From the NCBI GenBank assembly GCA_964389655.1, contig CAYMED010000006.1, positions 4,679 to 68,678 on the forward strand: 64,000 nt of DNA, given 5' to 3'. The translations under genes were made by a program, and so were the position numbers. Below are positions 39,619-50,054 of this stretch, one piece after another (the stretch's first letter is position 1; each line of letters starts with the position of its first letter). The stretch is from an uncultured Candidatus Poseidoniales archaeon. Lineage in GTDB: Archaea > Thermoplasmatota > Poseidoniia > Poseidoniales > CAYMED01. Under the pieces are notes generated by a model, which had not been told where the DNA came from, did not search any database, and saw only the letters and a list, made by a program, of their open reading frames with translations.

Positions 39619-40743
39619 AATCACTAGGCCATAAGTCAATTCCAATTCAAGCGACTCTCCAAGTTGCAATGACCATTGACTCATAGGTAAACTCGATTGA
39701 ACAAGATCAAGAAGAATTTCATTGAAGCGCATGGAGATCATAGCAGCAATGGCTGCTATTGAGAAAAATCCTACTGTGTGCCAAAGATGGCCTGTGATCA
39801 AATTATCAAATTGACGAACATATTCTGGATCCTTCTTGCATGCTTCAGGAAGCTTAAATGCATAATCAAGATAGCGAACTGCGCCATATCCGGATTCAAT
39901 ATATATCAAAAAGAATACTGCAAATAGAACTAACTTAAACTGCTGTTCCCCGGCTAATCCAAGGCCAAACAAGGATATGTGGCTTGGATTATCAACTTGG
40001 CTATTCAAAGGCTGAATGGGGAGTGATTGCCCGTTTTGAGATATAAGTGCAGTGATGAAATCCCAAGTAATTAAGGCATGAATTGTAAGAAGAAGAAGAA
40101 GAATGATGAAAGCTGAGCGAATTGATGAGCGACGAAGGCCCCAGATCCCCCTTGTGCCCAACCATACAGGAAGTGTGTACACCAATAAAACAATGAATTG
40201 CACAAATAATAAGAGGGGCCAAATCAAAGTGAGAGCCTCTTCTTCGGTTGGAGGGCGAAAGTTAGCATTCCCAAACGGCCATTGAATCAATTCCCATAGC
40301 ATCACAAGCCCATATCCCATCAACAAACGACCAAGTAACAATAATAGGATTGTTATCGCAGTTATCATTCGAATTCGGCGCTTCCTTTTTTCTGTTTGAA
40401 AGCCTTTGACAGCAAGTGCATACCCATATATGGCAGCAAAAATAACTGGTCCAAGAAAAACTCCTTTGCCAACACCATTCATGCCAGAAAGCCATGCTGG
40501 AAGGGGAAGGCTTCTCTCACTCCCATCAATTGTATCTGCTTGATCATCAATTGTTTGGAGAAGGGTTGTATGCCCCATGAGGTCTGCTTGAGGAATGATA
40601 TAAAGATCAACAAATATGACAAACATCCAAATTAGTGATGCGGTCGCTACGCCCTGCAAAAGGAGAATTTGCCATGCTCTTCGCGTTTTATTGATGTGGA
40701 GGGTACGAGTTCCCTCTTGTTGAAGTGAGACCTCCTCTGCCAT
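39514..40743 (-). CDS. Multipass membrane protein (about 8 TM), unknown function
   Basis: Alternating hydrophobic segments; 1-nt gap after the DUF58 gene. Confidence 0.82.
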   Translation of the reverse strand: MAEEVSLQQEGTRTLHINKTRRAWQILLLQGVATASLIWMFVIFVDLYIIPQADLMGHTTLLQTIDDQADTIDGSERSLPLPAWLSGMNGVGKGVFLGPVIFAAIYGYALAVKGFQTEKRKRRIRMITAITILLLLLGRLLMGYGLVMLWELIQWPFGNANFRPPTEEEALTLIWPLLLFVQFIVLLVYTLPVWLGTRGIWGLRRSSIRSAFIILLLLLTIHALITWDFITALISQNGQSLPIQPLNSQVDNPSHISLFGLGLAGEQQFKLVLFAVFFLIYIESGYGAVRYLDYAFKLPEACKKDPEYVRQFDNLITGHLWHTVGFFSIAAIAAMISMRFNEILLDLVQSSLPMSQWSLQLGESLELELTYGLVISALLFFAAAALLRFVVPWQSVFGFLEKMNPIRRR

Positions 40744-40744
40744 A

Positions 40745-42010
40745 TCAATAACCCCTCACTTGAAGCAATGCCTGAGAAAGATCCATGTCGGGATGCCAAT
40801 CAATTACATGAGCACCAAATCCCGAAAGTGCAGTGAGGCGGTTATCGCGTTCTACCTTCATGACTTCATAGGACATTCGGGGAATACGGCTAACAAGACG
40901 TTCAAGATCCATGCTAGAAGGAGAAAGAATTGTGATGTCATGTTCCCTACCCGCCAAATCACGAACAGCATGGGGTACGGTTCCATCACCCTCAAGGCTG
41001 CTAATTAGGAAAATAGGAGATCCTCGGCTAAATCTCGCAGCCAGTGCGTTGGTAACTGCTTGAAGAGGCATGTTACCGCGCGGAGCAACGCCTGCAAGGC
41101 TGGATAATATCTTGAAATATTGCTTATCCCCTGTATCTGGAGGAAGATAAGATAAATGATCATCATATATTGCCATAGCAACACTATCCCTTCTTTTCAC
41201 AAAAAATGAGGCAAGTGATGCCGCTGCAACACTCCCCATTTCAAGAGGGTTCTTCAATACAGTTCCAATTCGAGTCACGTCTCGACTATCAAGGATTATG
41301 AACACGTCTGTAACTGCGTCTCGACATTTTTCATTCACCATTAATTTCCCTGCACGGGCATAGGCTTTCCAATTGATGTTCTTAAATGGGTCTCCTGGCA
41401 CATATTCCCGTAATGCATAGAATTCAGTCCCTGGGCCAGGGGAACGAAGAACTGTAGCACCAGTATACATTTTTGGAACGTTACTCTTCACTAGGGCTTC
41501 TTCAACATCCCGTACTTTAGGAAAGACAATCAAATCAGAGCGGTGGTCGATAAAGCGCTCACTGGTAAACAAATGAAATGTATTTCTAAAGCGAAGACTC
41601 GTTGGCCCAATGCTATAGTGCCCGCGCAAAGGACATCGCACAGCATAACGAATGGAAGCGGTTTCACCTGGCCCAAGGTTTAGGCGCATTTGATTCAAGC
41701 CACTTTTCAATTTCATCTCATGTGGTATATTATCATACAATTCTAGATGGTGGGTTCGACGAAGGGACCGGTTGGTAATGCGAAGTTCAATGTATAAGTC
41801 ATCTCCCTTGTACAGATTATCTGCGGAAAGTGAACGGAGAACTTCTACATCGCCATGTCCCGAAAGCCACGAATTAACTACAAGAAATGAAATAAGCATT
41901 AAACCAATGATCATGAATTGCTGATTTGAAATCATCATCCCGATTAAAAGCAATGCAATGCCGGATGTAAGATAGAAAGATGCTTTACGGGTCCACATTG
42001 CTTCCACCAC
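40745..42010 (-). CDS. DUF58-domain (vWA-like, normally MoxR-associated) membrane protein
   Basis: Two N-terminal TMs, CPLRGHYSIGP, GTEFYALREYVPGDPFKNINWKAYARAGKLMVNE, RRDSVAM. Confidence 0.93.
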   Translation of the reverse strand: MVEAMWTRKASFYLTSGIALLLIGMMISNQQFMIIGLMLISFLVVNSWLSGHGDVEVLRSLSADNLYKGDDLYIELRITNRSLRRTHHLELYDNIPHEMKLKSGLNQMRLNLGPGETASIRYAVRCPLRGHYSIGPTSLRFRNTFHLFTSERFIDHRSDLIVFPKVRDVEEALVKSNVPKMYTGATVLRSPGPGTEFYALREYVPGDPFKNINWKAYARAGKLMVNEKCRDAVTDVFIILDSRDVTRIGTVLKNPLEMGSVAAASLASFFVKRRDSVAMAIYDDHLSYLPPDTGDKQYFKILSSLAGVAPRGNMPLQAVTNALAARFSRGSPIFLISSLEGDGTVPHAVRDLAGREHDITILSPSSMDLERLVSRIPRMSYEVMKVERDNRLTALSGFGAHVIDWHPDMDLSQALLQVRGY

Positions 42011-42011
42011 C

Positions 42012-43607
42012 TCAGGTTTTTCCCCATGCTTTGATGCGTTTGACTATAGCTACTGTTTGTTCAATCGAATAATCTCGATCCTCAAATACGAATTTCGTCA
42101 GAATTGGGTCTTCAATCATCGTCGCTAAATCACGTGCAGGGAGAAGGTCAAACTCATCTCTAGTCAGACCGTTATTGTTTCGGACTTTTGAAAGAAATGT
42201 CGCACGTATTTTGGGAGTTTTGGCATAATATCCATATCGGTGTGAGTCACCAAATCCGTAGTAAATCACACTGAAAACATGCCGCCAATCCTCGGGGTCT
42301 CGTTTACGAATCATGACGGCTTCAAGTGCAACAAAAAGGGCAAGGAAAAGTAATAGCATGGCCGTTTTATCTGAAGTAAAATAGACCATCAAATAATAGA
42401 TGAAATTATACGAGTCTGCTAAGCCAAGTGGTGCTGGTTGGGCGTGCCTACTTTCTTCAAAAATGACTTGAGCGCCTTCTGGAACTGCTAAAACATCAAG
42501 ATGGGCACTTCCAACATCTAATTGCGAGATATTACGCCCCTCGACCAAAAGAGATTCGGCGATGAAGTCTAAAGCCCATATTCGATTGTCATTCACGGGT
42601 ATTTGGCCCCCGTATTTACCGCTATTTTGGCCATAAATTGCGTTAATGAGGAGGGATCCATCTGAAAGGAAAAAGATGCGGCCGGCGTTAGGTTGACTGC
42701 AATTACCATCGCAGCCTTCTATATAAAGGTCAAAAGGACCTTGTTTGTCGACAACTTGGCCGGGAAGTTCTGATTCCAAGACCAATTGCCCATCACCATT
42801 TACATCAAGATATGATTCCTGAGATGATTGTCCAATTGGTTCCATCGTCAGGGCAGCTGTTGGTTCAGTAGGTAGAAAACCAGAGGGTGTATTGAGAAGG
42901 ATGTGAAATTCAGCATTATACTCAATTTCGTTTGTTGTCGAATTCCATCGGTGTCGGCATAAGCCAGCATCCTCGGCAGACGTGACTGAAACATTGCTCC
43001 ATTTCACACATGGATGACTGCCATGCCACCTTTCGTGACCCACGAGGCCATCTGTTCCCGAAATATTCTCTGTGAGGTTCATCCAAGTAAAATTTGAATC
43101 TAATTCATGGGCCCATTCTTCATCGAATAAGCGCTGGCCCGAATAATCTACTCCAAATGCCACACCTAAGCTTGAAGCAAAACCATAATCTTCCATAACC
43201 AGCACGCTCCCACCCCTAGCAACAAAGCCAATTATTGCATTTATCTCAGAAGTTGAGTAACCCTGTCCCCCAGACAATGAAGAAGTACTAATTCCTGTGC
43301 TCCCAAAAGAAGGGATGTCAACGGCATCTCGTTCAAGTCCTGCAATAATCACAACAGTATGGGATGGGTCATCCACATCTTCCAATAATAACGGACTTGA
43401 AACAAGAGATTTTGTGGGTATTCCAAGGTCATTTAGTTCTTCTCTAAATTCAGATAGATCATCCCAATCATCACCATAAGCAGAGAGTTGACTAGGAATC
43501 GGGCGAAGATAAGTACTCAGCAAGGAGCCAAGCAGTAAGAGGAGAGATGCATAAAACGCACCTACTATGATTATGCGTCGAAATCGGCGCCTTGAACGTC
43601 GAGCCAT
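42012..43607 (-). CDS. DUF4350-like membrane-anchored extracellular domain protein
   Basis: N-terminal TM then SAYGDDWDDLSEF; EINAIIGFVARGGSVLVMEDYG; GRIFFLSDGSLLIN; VIFEESRH; second TM. Confidence 0.78.
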   Translation of the reverse strand: MARRSRRRFRRIIIVGAFYASLLLLLGSLLSTYLRPIPSQLSAYGDDWDDLSEFREELNDLGIPTKSLVSSPLLLEDVDDPSHTVVIIAGLERDAVDIPSFGSTGISTSSLSGGQGYSTSEINAIIGFVARGGSVLVMEDYGFASSLGVAFGVDYSGQRLFDEEWAHELDSNFTWMNLTENISGTDGLVGHERWHGSHPCVKWSNVSVTSAEDAGLCRHRWNSTTNEIEYNAEFHILLNTPSGFLPTEPTAALTMEPIGQSSQESYLDVNGDGQLVLESELPGQVVDKQGPFDLYIEGCDGNCSQPNAGRIFFLSDGSLLINAIYGQNSGKYGGQIPVNDNRIWALDFIAESLLVEGRNISQLDVGSAHLDVLAVPEGAQVIFEESRHAQPAPLGLADSYNFIYYLMVYFTSDKTAMLLLFLALFVALEAVMIRKRDPEDWRHVFSVIYYGFGDSHRYGYYAKTPKIRATFLSKVRNNNGLTRDEFDLLPARDLATMIEDPILTKFVFEDRDYSIEQTVAIVKRIKAWGKT

Positions 43608-43674
43608 AGGATACCCTGCGTGAATGGTATTCTGCTCAGCAACTCGTTATCTTATCACCGTTCCGAGCGCGAGT

Positions 43675-43920
43675 TCATATGGAAAGATGGACATCTGTCT
43701 CTATTCGATCCACTTCTGCGGCTGGAACATGCGTTCTTCCGCCTTCAAACGGCCAGGGAAGCCTTTCAGGATCAATATCACCTGCAGGCAAGACTAGCAA
43801 GTCCACCACATGGCCGGTAGCCGGGTCGATACTGAAATCTTCAATCCGGCCCAATTCATCACCTGCAGCGTCAAGAACGCGGCGGCCAACGATCTCGGAA
43901 CCAAATGTTGCTCGAACCAA
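43675..43920 (-). CDS. PRC-barrel domain protein
   Basis: SEIVGRRVLDAAGDELGRIEDFSIDPATGHVVDLLV. Confidence 0.9.
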   Translation of the reverse strand: MVRATFGSEIVGRRVLDAAGDELGRIEDFSIDPATGHVVDLLVLPAGDIDPERLPWPFEGGRTHVPAAEVDRIETDVHLSI

Positions 43921-43929
43921 AGGTGCCCC

Positions 43930-46152
43930 TCACATTGTTTCCATTCCTCTATTCGAATCTGAACGACGAACTGAAGAAAGTCCAGAGGTCAATTTTGTTT
44001 CGAGTTTTGTGTAATATTCAATCATATCAGGGGTAATTGTTGGGCGTACTGAACGCATTGCATCGATGAAATGAGATTTCTTCACATTCTTTGACTCGTC
44101 TCGCATAGCCCTTAGTGCTGCTTCTCGACAAATCGCTTCGACATCCGCACCAGTAAACCCACCCATCTGGTTTGTTAAATCAACCATCTTAAAACGGCCA
44201 AGGGGCATACTTTCCGAATGTATCTGAAGAATATCAACTAGAGCCTTTTTATCAGGGGGGGGAATATGGAGGATGCGTTCAAACCTACCTGATCGAAGCA
44301 ACGCTGGATCAATTAATTCCGGCCTATTTGTTGCCGCGATTACAATGACGTCTTCAAGTAATTCCACTCCATCCATGCTCGACAACAACTGGTTTACGAT
44401 TCGATTTCCAACTAAACTACTCTCGCCATCGCCCCCCGAACGAAAAGAAGCAATGGCTTCAAATTCATCAAAGAAAATGATCGAAGGAGATGCCTGTTTT
44501 GCTTTCTTGAAGATTTCGCGAACTCCGCGTTCAGACTCACCAACCCATTTTGAGATTAATTCGGGGCCTTTTACAGTTATGAAATTAGCAGACGCCTCAT
44601 TTGCCACGGCCTTCGCAATGAGGGTCTTTCCAGTCCCGGGTGCACCAAATAAAAGAATGCCACGTGGTGGTTTAATCCCAAATTTATCGAAGAGGTGTGG
44701 TTTAGTTAGTGGCCATTCGACAGATTCTTTCAGACGTTCTTTTACTTCATCTAACCCACCAACTTGGTCCCATGTCACTTCAGGGACTTCAACCCAAATT
44801 TCCCTCAATGCAGATGGTTCAATATCCTTAATCGCTAATCTAAAATCTTCCATTCGAACTTCCATTATTTCTAGAACTTCAGGGGGTATTGTTTCTTCTT
44901 CCAAATCAATATCTGGAAGATATCTTCTAAGCGCTTTCATTGCTGATTCACGGACAAGCGCAGAGATATCTGCACCTACAAAACCATACGTATTTTCAAG
45001 AATCCAATCTTCCTCAAAATCATCAGCAATGGGCATTCCGCGTATATGAACCTCGAGAATCTCTGCTCTTCCTTCACGGTCGGGGACGCCGATCTCAATT
45101 TCACGATCAAATCGGCCCGGGCGACGGAGGGCAGGGTCAATTGCATCACGGCGGTTTGTTGCACCGATAACAATGACATTGTCCCTCCCCTGCATTCCAT
45201 CCATCAAAGTGAGTAATTGTGCGACAACTCTGCGTTCAACTTCACCATGAACATCTTCTCGTTTCGGGGCAATACTATCCAATTCATCGATGAATATGAT
45301 CGAAGGACTCTTTGAAGCCGCTTCTTCAAAGACTTCACGCAATTGTTTTTCCGATTCACCATAGTATTTACTAATGATTTCAGGCCCATTAATCGAAGTG
45401 AAGTCTGCATTTGTTTCTGCAGCCACTGCACGAGCAATCATTGTTTTCCCTGTACCTGGGGGTCCGTGTAGTAACACGCCTTTTGGAGGGTCAATACCCA
45501 AACGGTGAAATAACTCGGGATGTTTGAGGGGTAACTCGATCATTTCACGAACCTTGAGCAATTGCTCCCCAATACCTCCAATATCCTCGTACGTTATTTC
45601 ATTGACTTCAAATTCACTATCGGCATCAACAATTTCCTCACGAATCACAATTTCTGTATCTGTTGAGACACGAACAATGCCTTTAGGAGTTGTTTGAACA
45701 ATCGCAAATGGCAAGGCTTCTGCAAAGAGCGTCATTCCAGGGATAAACACTCTATCGCCAGCAACAACAGGTCGCTTAATTAATCCACGACGGGCAAAGC
45801 CCTCAATTCCAGGTCCGAATTTAACATTGTGTTTGTGCTGCATTACTGGGCTGATCACAAGTTTTTGGCATGGATGCGCTTCTGCTTTGCGTATCGTGAC
45901 ACGATCAGTAAGACTCACGCCTGCATTTTTACGAATAATACCATCAACTCTAATGATGTCTGAAGAGGCATCTTCAGGGCGGCATCTCCAAACAACTGCT
46001 GCTGTTTTCTTTTTCCCCTCTATCTCAATGATGTCTCCGGGGGATAAATCAAGGTCGTTTTCGAACGGAACGCGTGCGCGGCCGTGCCCCACATCACTGG
46101 GAATTGCTTTGTGCACGCGCAACTCAATTGAGGGGGCTGACGTCTCACTCAT
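43930..46152 (-). CDS. cdc48: Cdc48/VAT (p97-type) double-AAA ATPase
   Basis: N-domain [19 protein letters not shown]; D1 [25 protein letters not shown]; D2 [23 protein letters not shown]. Confidence 0.96.
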   Translation of the reverse strand: MSETSAPSIELRVHKAIPSDVGHGRARVPFENDLDLSPGDIIEIEGKKKTAAVVWRCRPEDASSDIIRVDGIIRKNAGVSLTDRVTIRKAEAHPCQKLVISPVMQHKHNVKFGPGIEGFARRGLIKRPVVAGDRVFIPGMTLFAEALPFAIVQTTPKGIVRVSTDTEIVIREEIVDADSEFEVNEITYEDIGGIGEQLLKVREMIELPLKHPELFHRLGIDPPKGVLLHGPPGTGKTMIARAVAAETNADFTSINGPEIISKYYGESEKQLREVFEEAASKSPSIIFIDELDSIAPKREDVHGEVERRVVAQLLTLMDGMQGRDNVIVIGATNRRDAIDPALRRPGRFDREIEIGVPDREGRAEILEVHIRGMPIADDFEEDWILENTYGFVGADISALVRESAMKALRRYLPDIDLEEETIPPEVLEIMEVRMEDFRLAIKDIEPSALREIWVEVPEVTWDQVGGLDEVKERLKESVEWPLTKPHLFDKFGIKPPRGILLFGAPGTGKTLIAKAVANEASANFITVKGPELISKWVGESERGVREIFKKAKQASPSIIFFDEFEAIASFRSGGDGESSLVGNRIVNQLLSSMDGVELLEDVIVIAATNRPELIDPALLRSGRFERILHIPPPDKKALVDILQIHSESMPLGRFKMVDLTNQMGGFTGADVEAICREAALRAMRDESKNVKKSHFIDAMRSVRPTITPDMIEYYTKLETKLTSGLSSVRRSDSNRGMETM

Positions 46153-46187
46153 CTGGCTCGACCGGATGACGACCTCCGGCGGGGTCA

Positions 46188-46193
46188 TTTAAA
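46188..46193 (-). promoter_or_regulatory. Probable TATA box (TTTAAA) for cdc48
   Basis: 35 nt upstream of ATG 46152; this argues against the longer ORF-track start at 46188. Confidence 0.5.
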
Positions 46194-46273
46194 CAGTCAA
46201 GGGTGGAAATGCCAAAACGGGCGGAACTGAGAGGGTGGAAGGGGCTATCAGGAGTGTTCATGTCGCGGGGACA

Positions 46274-47893
46274 ATGTCCTTCCTGAGCCAGCCATTAGAG
46301 ATCCTCCAAAACGAAGTGGGGCGGCAAACACTCCGCGCACGTAACATTATTGATGGAAAGCATGCTGATTCCTCAAATAACGAGGTTTTTGAGTCTCGAA
46401 ATCCCGCATATCTCTCAGATGTCGTCTGTGTTGCTCCAAGAAGTTCGAGTAACGATGTTAAGAGCGCCCTTAGAGCTGCACGAGCCGCACAACCTGCATG
46501 GGCAGCAACACCATCACCAATCAGGGGGAACATTATTGCAGAGATGGGGCATCAACTGACAAAGCACCTAGATGACCTTGTACAACTTGAAACACGAGAA
46601 ATTGGAAAGACCCTGAAAGAGGCAAGAGGATCCATACAAGAGGCAATTGACACATGCCATTTTTTCCATTCAGAGGGGAGGAGGTTGTATGGACAAACAG
46701 TGCCAAGTGAATTGCGAAACAAGGAATTGATGACTTATCGGCGGCCGCTTGGTGTTTGTGGAATTATCAATGCTTGCAATTTCCCCGCTGCAGTCCCATT
46801 TTGGAAAATAATTCCAGCAATACTGTGTGGAAATACTGTTGTTTGGAAGTCCCCGCAAGATGCGCCAGCACTATCATATGCCCTTTGCCGAATAATGCAT
46901 ATTTCAGGCATACCATCTGGTGTTGTAAATCTAATTCATGGAACAGGTTCTGAAGCGGGTCAAGCGATAATTGATGCTGTAGATGACGGCCTTATCAACA
47001 AAATATCCTTTACCGGAAGCACATCAGTGGGTAAGAAAATAGGCGAGGTATGTGGAAGAAACCTTGTATCTTGCTCTCTTGAATTAGGTGGTAAAAATCC
47101 ATTGGTCGTCATGCCGTCTGCAAATATTGAAAATGCCGTTGAAGGGGCTTACTGGGCTGCTTTTGGAACTGCAGGACAACGCTGTACAAGCCTTGGGAAC
47201 TTGATAATCCATGCAGACATCTACGATCAATTTCTAGAATTATTCATGGAAAAAGTAAGAGATACTAAAATAGGGGATAGTCAACGTACTGAAAACGTAC
47301 TCTATGGACCCATGCTCTCCCAACGATATGCAAATGAATTCCTCGCACGAATTAATTCCATATCGAAAGAAGGAGCGACATTGGCTTGGGGCAAGGGTCG
47401 CATAACTAGTGATTCAAAGCCGAGTGGTTTTGAGGGAGATGCGGAAGAAGGAGTCTACATGTGGCCACACGTATTTACAGAAGTGACTGAAGACATGCCG
47501 TGCTTCCATGACGAAATATTTGGGCCCGCAGTAACTATTGCTACGGCGACTGATTTTGATCATGCATTGCATCTTGCAAATGCAAGTCCATATGGATTAT
47601 CAAGTGGAATTTACACAAATGATCGCCTAGAGGCATATCGCTTCAAAACTGAAATTAAGGCAGGAATGACTGGTATAAATAATTCGACAACAGGGGCTGA
47701 AGCACACCTCCCATTTGGGGGAGTAAAGGGGAGTGGAAATGGCACGCGTGAATCCGGAATCTGGGTTATAGAGGCCTACACATACTGGCACGCAGTGAAT
47801 GATGAAATGTCAGGACAACTGCAACTAGCTCAAATGGATGTTGAATCGATAGACAATGCCCCCATTGAGATCGATTTTTCAGTTCTATCATGA
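46274..47893 (+). CDS. NAD-dependent aldehyde dehydrogenase
   Basis: CNFP, FTGST, LELGGKNP, GQRCTS (catalytic Cys), EIFGP, PFGGVKGSG. Confidence 0.95.
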   Translation: MSFLSQPLEILQNEVGRQTLRARNIIDGKHADSSNNEVFESRNPAYLSDVVCVAPRSSSNDVKSALRAARAAQPAWAATPSPIRGNIIAEMGHQLTKHLDDLVQLETREIGKTLKEARGSIQEAIDTCHFFHSEGRRLYGQTVPSELRNKELMTYRRPLGVCGIINACNFPAAVPFWKIIPAILCGNTVVWKSPQDAPALSYALCRIMHISGIPSGVVNLIHGTGSEAGQAIIDAVDDGLINKISFTGSTSVGKKIGEVCGRNLVSCSLELGGKNPLVVMPSANIENAVEGAYWAAFGTAGQRCTSLGNLIIHADIYDQFLELFMEKVRDTKIGDSQRTENVLYGPMLSQRYANEFLARINSISKEGATLAWGKGRITSDSKPSGFEGDAEEGVYMWPHVFTEVTEDMPCFHDEIFGPAVTIATATDFDHALHLANASPYGLSSGIYTNDRLEAYRFKTEIKAGMTGINNSTTGAEAHLPFGGVKGSGNGTRESGIWVIEAYTYWHAVNDEMSGQLQLAQMDVESIDNAPIEIDFSVLS

Positions 47894-47900
47894 CCAAAAA

Positions 47901-48935
47901 TCACCCTAATATTTGGTGAAGAACACTTCCGACAAGGAGAGGGAAGAGAATTGTAGCCTCACCCCAAACCATCACCTCATCAAAATCGTGAGCATTTTTT
48001 CCCCAACTAATTGCCTCACGAAGAGTTGACCCTGACAAGCCACCATCTCGCGTGTCTGCGACAGAAATTTGGATACCAAAGCGATGGCGGGAAACCACAT
48101 GGCCTAGCATTTCTGCAAGGACAACTGAATCTTGAGCATAATTTTTGGGTACACCACCACCACAAATAACAAGACCCGTATCTCCTACTTGTGCTTTCCA
48201 TTCTGCCAATTCAGCAAAGTCAGATATTGAATCAATTCGTACTGCCTTTTCTGCTCCACCAAGGCGTTGTTGTGCCATTGCAAGGCCGACGCCAACTGAT
48301 GAATCATTGAGGGCGGGAACAAAAATTGGAACATCATGAAGTGAAGCCACTGACATCACAGATTCTTCCACCCCATCAATTGCAGAAAGCCACGCACCGC
48401 ATTGCGAAAGGAAAGAACGACTTGACAATGTTGATGGAGATATCTGTTCAGCAAATGAGGCAAAAGTCAGGTCAACTTGCCGAATCGCCAATTCATCCAG
48501 AAGATGGTCCCAAACGCGATCGATGAGCAAGTCATTCAATTCGTCATCATCCGGAATCTCAGGTGGAATATAGTGCTGGTGACCTAATGCTTCAAGCATG
48601 TCTTGCTCAATCAGTGCGCCTGTGCAGACAATTGCATCAACCAGCCCAAATTTAATTGCCTGAATTGTCATCTTTCTTAGACCTGCACTAAAAATGGAGC
48701 CTGCCAAGGACCAAATTACACGAACATCGCGCTTTGCCCAGCGAATCCAACAATCAGATGCGGCCGAAAGTTGACCTGCTTGAAATGGAAGGGATCTCCA
48801 AGATTCCATTAACGAAGAGGAAACCGTAAATTTCTCTATATCGAGTTGTTTGATCGGATTAGAAAGAAGTTCAGAGCGGCGCTTTTTCTCATCTGGAGAC
48901 CATACATGTGAGGGGTATTCGGGAATTATATTCAT
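47901..48935 (-). CDS. dys: Deoxyhypusine synthase / DHS-like homospermidine synthase
   Basis: TGALIEQD, PALNDSSVG, GGGVPKNY, DGGLSGSTLREAISWGK (catalytic Lys), EATILFPL. Confidence 0.9.
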   Translation of the reverse strand: MNIIPEYPSHVWSPDEKKRRSELLSNPIKQLDIEKFTVSSSLMESWRSLPFQAGQLSAASDCWIRWAKRDVRVIWSLAGSIFSAGLRKMTIQAIKFGLVDAIVCTGALIEQDMLEALGHQHYIPPEIPDDDELNDLLIDRVWDHLLDELAIRQVDLTFASFAEQISPSTLSSRSFLSQCGAWLSAIDGVEESVMSVASLHDVPIFVPALNDSSVGVGLAMAQQRLGGAEKAVRIDSISDFAELAEWKAQVGDTGLVICGGGVPKNYAQDSVVLAEMLGHVVSRHRFGIQISVADTRDGGLSGSTLREAISWGKNAHDFDEVMVWGEATILFPLLVGSVLHQILG

Positions 48936-49939
48936 TCAATCATCTCCCATAATGCATGAAGGCGGAAGCACGGATTCGTTAGAGGGGGTTGTTCAATTTT
49001 AGTCACTCCTTTTTGTTGCACACAAGCAACTATTTTTACAGCCAATAGTGCCGCAGAAAATGGTGTTAACCGATCAGAAGATGTTCCAACAATCTCATTG
49101 ATATCTGCTGAAATAACTTCATTATTGGATGATGAAAAAAGTGTCTCAATGATTTCAATCACGTGCCAATATTGCAACCCACCCGGAACCGGCGTCCCAG
49201 TAGATGGAACCAAAGGGCCATCAAGACCATCAATATCTATACTAAGATGAACAGGACCATTCAATTCATCGAGCAATTGTAACATGGACTCCCAACCGTT
49301 ATCCTTGACTGGGCAAATCAAATTGCGGGCTTTGAAACAAGTTACCCTAGAATCATTATCGATTATCGTACGTTCTTCTTTGCTCAAGGCCCGAACACCA
49401 ATTTGTATTAAACGGCCAACGCCCAAATCTAGAGAACGGCGCGCTGCACATGCATGACTCATTTTTTCACCTAAAAGAGAATCTCTGAGGTCAGCATGTG
49501 CATCAATTTGAATGACTGTTAATTTAGAAAGATCTCCTGAAATTTTAGGATGGTCGGCAACCCCGGCTAATATGGCAGGTAACAGACCATGTTCACCACC
49601 CAAAACAAGAGGAAAGCTTGAGCCAATCAGATCTGGCGAGAGGGTTTCAGCAATCTCCAATAATTGGCCCTTTAAGTTTGGAGACTTAGGTATAAGCAAT
49701 GGGCGTGTCGCAATTTCCACTTGCCCTTCTAACTCAATTTTGAGGTCGTCATCCCAAGTTTCAACTTGAGAACTGGCTTCTAAGCATGCGAATGGGCCAT
49801 TTGCAGTCCCTTCACCCCATGACGTGGTTAATTCATATGCGACTGGGAGCACCACTACATCAACATCTTGTGATTGAGACTCGTTGCCGAGAAAGGGGGG
49901 CGTGTCTGTCAATGCGCCGTTCACGGCTTGTCCATTCAT
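48932..49939 (-). CDS. speB: Agmatinase (ureohydrolase family)
   Basis: GTANGP, GGEHG, DAHADL, SHAC, SIDIDGLD, TGTPVPGG. Confidence 0.9.
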   Translation of the reverse strand: MNGQAVNGALTDTPPFLGNESQSQDVDVVVLPVAYELTTSWGEGTANGPFACLEASSQVETWDDDLKIELEGQVEIATRPLLIPKSPNLKGQLLEIAETLSPDLIGSSFPLVLGGEHGLLPAILAGVADHPKISGDLSKLTVIQIDAHADLRDSLLGEKMSHACAARRSLDLGVGRLIQIGVRALSKEERTIIDNDSRVTCFKARNLICPVKDNGWESMLQLLDELNGPVHLSIDIDGLDGPLVPSTGTPVPGGLQYWHVIEIIETLFSSSNNEVISADINEIVGTSSDRLTPFSAALLAVKIVACVQQKGVTKIEQPPLTNPCFRLHALWEMIE

Positions 49940-50054
49940 CTAGTGCGGAAGGGCTTTTCGACAGTAATCACGTTTCATGAATAGAAAATGATACATATTT
50001 AGCACCGCATTTATCTATGAGGAGTCACACAATATCTTATCGGGTTGAGTACGC

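Noticed and set aside
44273-45049. Long antisense/alternate-frame ORFs (also 557-1075, 16724-17362, 31875-32561, 58849-59442 and others)
   Set aside because: They shadow well-supported genes and have Ser-rich antisense composition with no motifs
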